From positions 1-46,198 of the forward strand of contig MRSU01010500.1 in the NCBI GenBank assembly GCA_008369845.1: a DNA stretch of 46,198 nt, read 5' to 3'. The notes under the pieces are model-generated. The model did not search any database. It was not told the DNA's origin and saw only the letters and a list, made by a program, of their open reading frames with translations. Positions 41,301-46,198 of the stretch are shown here, one piece after another (positions within the stretch are counted from its first letter, which is position 1; each line of letters opens with the position of its first letter). Source of the stretch: Trichomonas gallinae. Taxonomy: Eukaryota. Made by a program: the position numbers and the translations under genes.

Positions 41301-41632
41301 CAAGCAGCTCTGATAATATTATCGTTGACACATTAAAGTTAAGTGAAGACAACAGTGGAATAGTCTTTAGAGTCTTCGAGGCAAGTGGTGGATGGTCACA
41401 CACAGAGATTTCGTTCCCACTTTTGGATAAAAAATTATGGAAAGTTGTCCCTGTAAACATCCTAGAAAAGCCAGTTGACTTCGAATTCAAGATCCTTGAC
41501 AAGCCGTCTTTGGCGATTTCGATAGATCTTGACGCATTCAAGATTGCATCATTCAAACTCGAAAGATTGGAAGTTGATGATACGACAATTATTGGTACAG
41601 TTGATGGTGGTATCCACCCTGAACCATCATAA
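38312..41632 (+). CDS. GH38 alpha-mannosidase (class 2C/Ams1-type) with a putative signal peptide
   Basis: SHLDSTWEW (Zn ligands), EPDTNLPSGESFVRQ, LPDCFG (nucleophile), GDGGGG, ELYLEYHRG and QFHDALPG. N-terminal MLFYLFSLSLC. Confidence 0.93.
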   Translation: MLFYLFSLSLCKIYDKKHQLKKISKYIHLMNEMITVNFSSATDTYFCRNATADFLPPNQMDYVWEPMNITKSFPFNQTKGDWFAFKGLTNIPEGYDPNRHRIILNFQIKAVYNVRRWDDEFPAGPEGRMWLNGSLIGAIDEFHNCHAVDGPGFVDVRIFTARCSTNHKLEKFGLSIVDKPTEKLYHYLKVIEKTLKEVTEPIPQKDQLIEIVNQVLPLIDIRDLTFPIKLPEIRHRDKNHQKFYESVPIALAKLLELLESMPKHTENDPFINVIGYSHLDSTWEWTYNTSHYKFANTVASMLHLIENPPSEETPKWRFLATSALHYKWLQRDDPELYERVIKAAKDGRFEVDGVTFLEPDTNLPSGESFVRQILYGVKYFESLGFKQSTLFLPDCFGFSPAIPQLLRNAGIENFVTSKISWNEYNSFPHHTFVWRGIDGSEVLSHFITTPSSWSYQTFTYTGLANMPEIIGTYKCYNHKTIPGVALHTAGNGDGGGGLTEEMLWNMEVVNKLPKIDGVPHLKFQKVSEIFETIKDHKQELPTWDGELYLEYHRGTATTQEEVKRQNKLLEAHLHNCEWLMTMYKSLYWNTDFSLQRKLLDESWETTLMLQFHDALPGTSVNEANNDILQRGSVVIKKLKNLENKLAKMLSDKMRVAIEDNTKILFNTHAFKRNVQGINVPSGGWTQTTKEIEKKEFINSMYEILKQGGYKENLINVSEYKVTKHSNVSFDGKTFSVITDNLNVTFSPINGSIIQIRDVKSGRPFLRSPSNVFEFYEDRSIHWPAWDIQLYHKEMQLKGPSLIDIKFKDNAIYTRYKFDDCENSTYINQTITFGEEGIIDFDTNVDWQEHDKLLKIMYDTNIRNKEASYGTQFGHHLRPTHENLPQDMAQFEVSARWADLSDATGGISLTADAKYGYDIHDGNIRLSLLKSPLQTDMWADYGRRHFTYRMQFHASRFDSTKITKYHYDLITPPVVADYEQPTTPISSENIPMESSFVSSSSDNIIVDTLKLSEDNSGIVFRVFEASGGWSHTEISFPLLDKKLWKVVPVNILEKPVDFEFKILDKPSLAISIDLDAFKIASFKLERLEVDDTTIIGTVDGGIHPEPS

Positions 41633-42132
41633 ATAGCCAAAATTAGCTCTGAACAAATATAATTTTTAATTTTTGATAGATTTTGTTCATATATAAAATA
41701 TTTGTATATAAAACTTGCTAGTTACACTATATCTACCATTATTTTGTTTGATGAAAACAGTAAATTTCTTGAATGAAATCAAATCAATTTCTATCCATAA
41801 CAATTAGTCATAAGTTAGAGGGTAATATAAGAACATTGTGTAGATTAGTATATATGAATTATCCTTAAATTTATGTTAACAATTTTGAGAAAATTTTAAA
41901 AAAGACAGATTTTACAAAAAAAATTGTAAATTTATATATGGAATAGGATGTGTATTATAGGAATATTACCGATCATTTCATTTTGGTTAAATTTGGTCAA
42001 AATTGAAATAATTTTTTCGAAATGTTGATGAAATATTAAATATTAATCATTTTCCTATTCATTTTTAATATTATTTTCGATTTTTTAAATCCTAAAATGT
42101 AAAAAGTGACAAAAATTATTTCAAAATTTTTG

Positions 42133-43227
42133 ATGTCTGCAGAAATTAAAGATTCTCAAGCAAATGTTGCAAACGAGGTTGATACTTCGTACGAAGGTGG
42201 TGCCAACCCTTGTGAGCGATGCACAAGACTCGTTGGATTATTTATTCAAAATGAAGTTTTAAATTGCGAATTATTAGGAAGTTTCAATGATGCTAGCGAT
42301 TGGGAATGCTTAATTCACAATATGTCAAGAGATTTTCAATTATCAAATGTAAATCAATTTATGGAGTTATTTAAGCTAAATGCCACTAAACAGAGTGCTG
42401 ACATGAAGTACTGGAATAGACTCCTCGCTTGTTTCATCGACCAATTATCACTCGAAACGATAAATTCTTATGTCATTCCTTATTGCAACGAAAATTTCGA
42501 CAAAGAGAACGTATCTCGTATTGTTATCCAATTAATTGAAACAGAAGGGGTTAAAGGCGAATCTATTGTCCCTCTCGCGATGAAATTGAATGGAACAGCT
42601 TTCGCTGAAGCGATTATCGCAATTTCGTTCAACTTTCCAAATGTACCTCTAAATACACCGCAAATTTACCAAAAATTGATAGAAATCGATGATCCTCAGA
42701 TTTTAACAGCGATTAGAAGAGCTTTCACGCCTAAAGAGATGCAAGAACATGCAATTCAGCAGTTTGTACTCAAGATGATTGGCGAAAAGAAATGTTGGCA
42801 GCAGCCAGGAATGAATTTCTTGATTCACACAACGAAAACCATTGGAAACTATGACGAAATAGCTCTAAGTTTACTCGATATCTCGAATGTCTGTAGTTTT
42901 TACTCGAAAGAATTAATCCTCAATTTTTATTGCGAATTTTTGAATCATTTCAGCAACGAATTGCTCGCCAAACTCGAACAGACAAACTTTTTACATCTTA
43001 TTTTCGAATTTGCTGAATGCATCATGTGCCAAACTCATTTATCGAAAATTATAAAGATTTTATCATTCTTTTTAGACAGGTTTAAGTCTCATCTCATTGA
43101 TCTTTACGCCGAACATCTCGACATGTTCATTGAAAATGCTACAAATTCATCAGATCAAAAAATTCGCTCATCCTCCAAACACATCTTGGAAACAATGAAG
43201 AGTGTAACAGGGATTTCATATATCTAA
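42133..43227 (+). CDS. Alpha-helical (ARM/HEAT-like) hypothetical protein, 364 aa
   Basis: Long ORF with amphipathic helices and C-terminal NSSDQKIRSSSKHILE. Start moved from the GTG to ATG 42133. Confidence 0.7.
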   Translation: MSAEIKDSQANVANEVDTSYEGGANPCERCTRLVGLFIQNEVLNCELLGSFNDASDWECLIHNMSRDFQLSNVNQFMELFKLNATKQSADMKYWNRLLACFIDQLSLETINSYVIPYCNENFDKENVSRIVIQLIETEGVKGESIVPLAMKLNGTAFAEAIIAISFNFPNVPLNTPQIYQKLIEIDDPQILTAIRRAFTPKEMQEHAIQQFVLKMIGEKKCWQQPGMNFLIHTTKTIGNYDEIALSLLDISNVCSFYSKELILNFYCEFLNHFSNELLAKLEQTNFLHLIFEFAECIMCQTHLSKIIKILSFFLDRFKSHLIDLYAEHLDMFIENATNSSDQKIRSSSKHILETMKSVTGISYI

Positions 43228-43553
43228 GTTTAATTTATTTTAGTTGCTTTTTGTTTGTTATTTTATGACTAAAATTTCTTGAACTTCTTAGTATTTCGTA
43301 ACCCATTGACTTTATTTCGATCTAGTAAATCATGACATCTATAATTAACTAATCAAAAATCAAAAATACTGAAAAATAAATTTGAAATATTGCGAATTAA
43401 ACCGATAATATATATTTTTAAATTAAAAATTATATTTAATGTCTATAATAAAACTAAATTTTTATTTAAAATCTTGTAATAATAACATTTTTAAACCAAT
43501 TTTTCTAAATTTTCTAAAAAATGATGATAATTTTGTAGATTTATTCACCGTTT

Positions 43554-44987
43554 ATGAATCCGAATGATATTCCATCGTATCAGAGAGAGTCCTTAGAGAA
43601 GCAGCTGATGAGGACAATCACTGGAACTAGCCATATTGGATCAACTGGTAACACAGATGATGAAAAGTCTAAAGCATTAAATGATTCCATATCAAAACTT
43701 GAACAATCTCAAGAATCAGCAGCTAATATCATAGAAACAATCGATTATTGCATTTCTTTATCAAGTAATATCAATAGGTTTCCACAGAACTTTTTCTATG
43801 ATTCACAAATAATATTCCGAATAATACAGTTAATCAAAAAATTGGAACAGAATAACAACATTTCAGTCAAATTATACCATTTACTATCAATTTTGGCCAC
43901 TAGTTCCGAAAATTCGATGAATTCGTTTTTATCAAAGAGTAAACCTTTGGCATTTTTCCATAATGGCTTCATTTCTATGGATACGAACTATTATGAAATT
44001 ACATGCACTTTCTTTAGGAAGTCATTTGCGTATTTATCATCGAGAAAAGTTTTAATTTCCGAGAATTTCTTTATTGATACCATAAATAGATTCAAGTATT
44101 TGTTTGAAGTTATCGAACATGGTAGAGTAGATAGTGTTATAATCCAATTAGTTCAAATTTCATGTGATTTATTTTTCGATATGATCAAATCGTTTACCGT
44201 TGAAGATTTATCCCCAGGAAAGTCCGAAATACAAAATGTAATCCTTAAATTGTATGAATTACCGATAACAATTAAGATTTTAGATCGAATTACACATCTT
44301 GTGCTTGTAATCGGTAGTAAATTCGGTTATTTGGATATACTCGATACAGATATGTGGAAGAGAACGATTTCTTTGCTCGGTAGCGATAAATTAGTTGACG
44401 GATATCAATATGCATTAGCTTTGTTAAATAACACACTTTGTAGTTCTAGTTTCAACTATCTAGTTGTAATTATTCCATTCCAAAACGTCGTAAGGATTGT
44501 AAACAACAATTGTTTCGAAAACATCGATATACAAATCAATACATTCCACTGCTTGCTGTCTTTCGCAACAATAGGCGATGTTGGCATCAGTTACTTCCTT
44601 GAAGTTGATACATTCAGTAGTATATTAAATATTATTCAATCAGGCAATTTTCAAGTTAGACAACTTGGATCAGAGGTTTTATGGGCATTCGTGAAGTGTG
44701 GCACATTGAAGCAATCCGAATATCTCATTTCGCATCCAATTTCGAAAGAAATTCTATTTGATGCTTTATCTGATGATGACATTGAAACTACACAGCGAAT
44801 CTTGGAATTAATGACCATACCATTCGTCGAGACAATAATTTCACGCCAAATTCAAAACGATTCGTACTTCAGCTCATTTTTAATTGATTTATCTCAGAAA
44901 AACGAAGAAATTCTCGATTATCAAGACGCAGATGTCAATCAATTGGCCCAAAGACTACAAAACTTATTAGATTCAATATCTGTGTAA
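43554..44987 (+). CDS. ARM-like hypothetical protein, 477 aa
   Basis: Helical repeats. ILNIIQSGNFQVRQLGSEVLWAFV parallels VLHDDFKFTTKIEAAKLFNFI of the 28704 gene. Stop forms TAAA. Confidence 0.72.
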   Translation: MNPNDIPSYQRESLEKQLMRTITGTSHIGSTGNTDDEKSKALNDSISKLEQSQESAANIIETIDYCISLSSNINRFPQNFFYDSQIIFRIIQLIKKLEQNNNISVKLYHLLSILATSSENSMNSFLSKSKPLAFFHNGFISMDTNYYEITCTFFRKSFAYLSSRKVLISENFFIDTINRFKYLFEVIEHGRVDSVIIQLVQISCDLFFDMIKSFTVEDLSPGKSEIQNVILKLYELPITIKILDRITHLVLVIGSKFGYLDILDTDMWKRTISLLGSDKLVDGYQYALALLNNTLCSSSFNYLVVIIPFQNVVRIVNNNCFENIDIQINTFHCLLSFATIGDVGISYFLEVDTFSSILNIIQSGNFQVRQLGSEVLWAFVKCGTLKQSEYLISHPISKEILFDALSDDDIETTQRILELMTIPFVETIISRQIQNDSYFSSFLIDLSQKNEEILDYQDADVNQLAQRLQNLLDSISV

Positions 44988-46100
44988 AATTTCCAACCAC
45001 CACAACTGATTTCGCAGCCAAAACATTTGCATTTATTAAGTATTTGTCATATATTGCTATATTTTGTTTTTAAACCAGGAAATAATGTGATTTTGTATAT
45101 TTTCGAAAATATATTAAGCTTTTTCTTAAGTTATATATGAACAAAGTATACTTTAGTCCGAATATAGATGAGATAATGATTGGGATTTGTGATATACACA
45201 CACCTGAGAGAAATATCGAAATAACTTTCGGTTCTCTAAAACTAACAAAGGAGACAAGTCTTTGACATCAGACAATGAAATTATCGATTCTGCGGAAACT
45301 GTTTATTAAGATATTCGAAATGAAATTCTCGATATTTAAATACAAGTTATTGGCTGTGAACAATCTCATTGTGAACAAAATATAAGCATATGGTAAGAAT
45401 TTGAAAGAAAAAGAACTGAAGAAAAAATTATGCCTAAATATTGAATCGTACCGTACAATAAACTTGTCATCATGGTGTTTTACTCATGTAATTAAATATC
45501 ACCTTTGTTGTTTTGTTCGATTTGGTTTGATATTCGTCCAATTCGGATAAAATATCTTGCAAATGAAAGGTTATAAAGTAATTTTTACTAACCATAATGC
45601 GAACTAAGTAATAAAGCGCGATATAACGAAATAGTCTAAAAAATAATCTGAAATCGTAAAGGACGAAACTTCAGTGAAATAATCGGGTGAGATTCATGCT
45701 GATATGATAAATAAATGGTGCGAAGTTTTCTTTTGTCAATAGTTTATATTATTGGTATCAATTGAATATACAAAAAATATTGCATAAATTCAAGTACAAC
45801 TCATAATAACTAGTCGTACGGAGACACCGATTCAATTGTTGAGGTCAGATGAGGGCAATTAGACAAGTGACCAAATTGTTTTATACGATTTTTATGATTG
45901 TCCCTTATGAATTTGGTTACGTTGATTGGTTCCCTGTATATATCCATAATTAGAATATTCAAAATTCAATGAGGACAATTCACATATGAATATTTTGTCA
46001 AAATTCTGAAAACCTCGTAAAAACACTCTTTAGGTGTTTCTCAGTAGGGGACATTTGAGAGGAAAATAAAAAATTAAAAGAGAAAACCGTCACATCATAA

Positions 46101-46110
46101 TCACTTCATT
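46101..46110 (+). promoter_or_regulatory. Tandem Inr (TCACT-TCATT) of actin
   Basis: TCACTTCATT ends 11 nt before the ATG at 46122. Confidence 0.75.
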
Positions 46111-46121
46111 TTTTCTCAGTA

Positions 46122-46198
46122 ATGGCTGAAGAAGACGTTCAGACTCTCGTTATCGATAACGGCTCTGGTATGTGCAAGGCTGGCTTCTCTGGTGATGA
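46122..46198 (+). CDS. ACT: Actin (5' end, truncated by the window edge)
   Basis: Translates [25 protein letters not shown]; absent from the ORF track because it is incomplete. Confidence 0.97.
   Translation, partial: MAEEDVQTLVIDNGSGMCKAGFSGD

Noticed and set aside
45241..45250. ACTAACAAAG as an intron branch/3' splice motif
   Set aside because: Does not match ACTAACACACAG; no GTATGT donor or joinable ORF nearby.

Overview
Gene-dense, AT-rich eukaryotic DNA with no introns detected, from a trichomonad (Trichomonas vaginalis or a close relative). The assignment rests on the actin N-terminus [29 protein letters not shown] initiator (Inr) elements just before ATGs, a CCTTT (M5) initiator on the ribosomal protein gene, and stop codons fused into the TAAA polyadenylation signal. 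About 23 protein genes: RPS13, TFIIS, a multi-GAF phosphodiesterase-like protein, a Rab, roadblock/LC7, CCDC39, VPS50/syndetin, an LRR protein, ATG12, NAE1, an EDC4-C-like protein, IQ, BTB and coiled-coil proteins, three ARM-like proteins, COPA, a divergent histone H3, a RhoGAP, a GH38 mannosidase and the start of actin. Several ORF-track starts use non-ATG codons or an upstream ATG and were moved to the likely ATG. No transposase, Maverick, rRNA or tRNA was recognised. Most interesting: (1) a 42-codon Tom22-like gene missed by the ORF track; (2) an ATG12 with an intact C-terminal Gly; (3) a GC-rich three-way-junction RNA candidate with a TATA box and T5 terminator; (4) an ~84-nt foldback between COPA and the H3 variant; (5) a recurrent promoter motif TTAYRTGWCA; (6) a PDE that looks catalytically dead; (7) a WD40-less mini-EDC4. 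All homology calls come from motif recognition by eye, not database searches.
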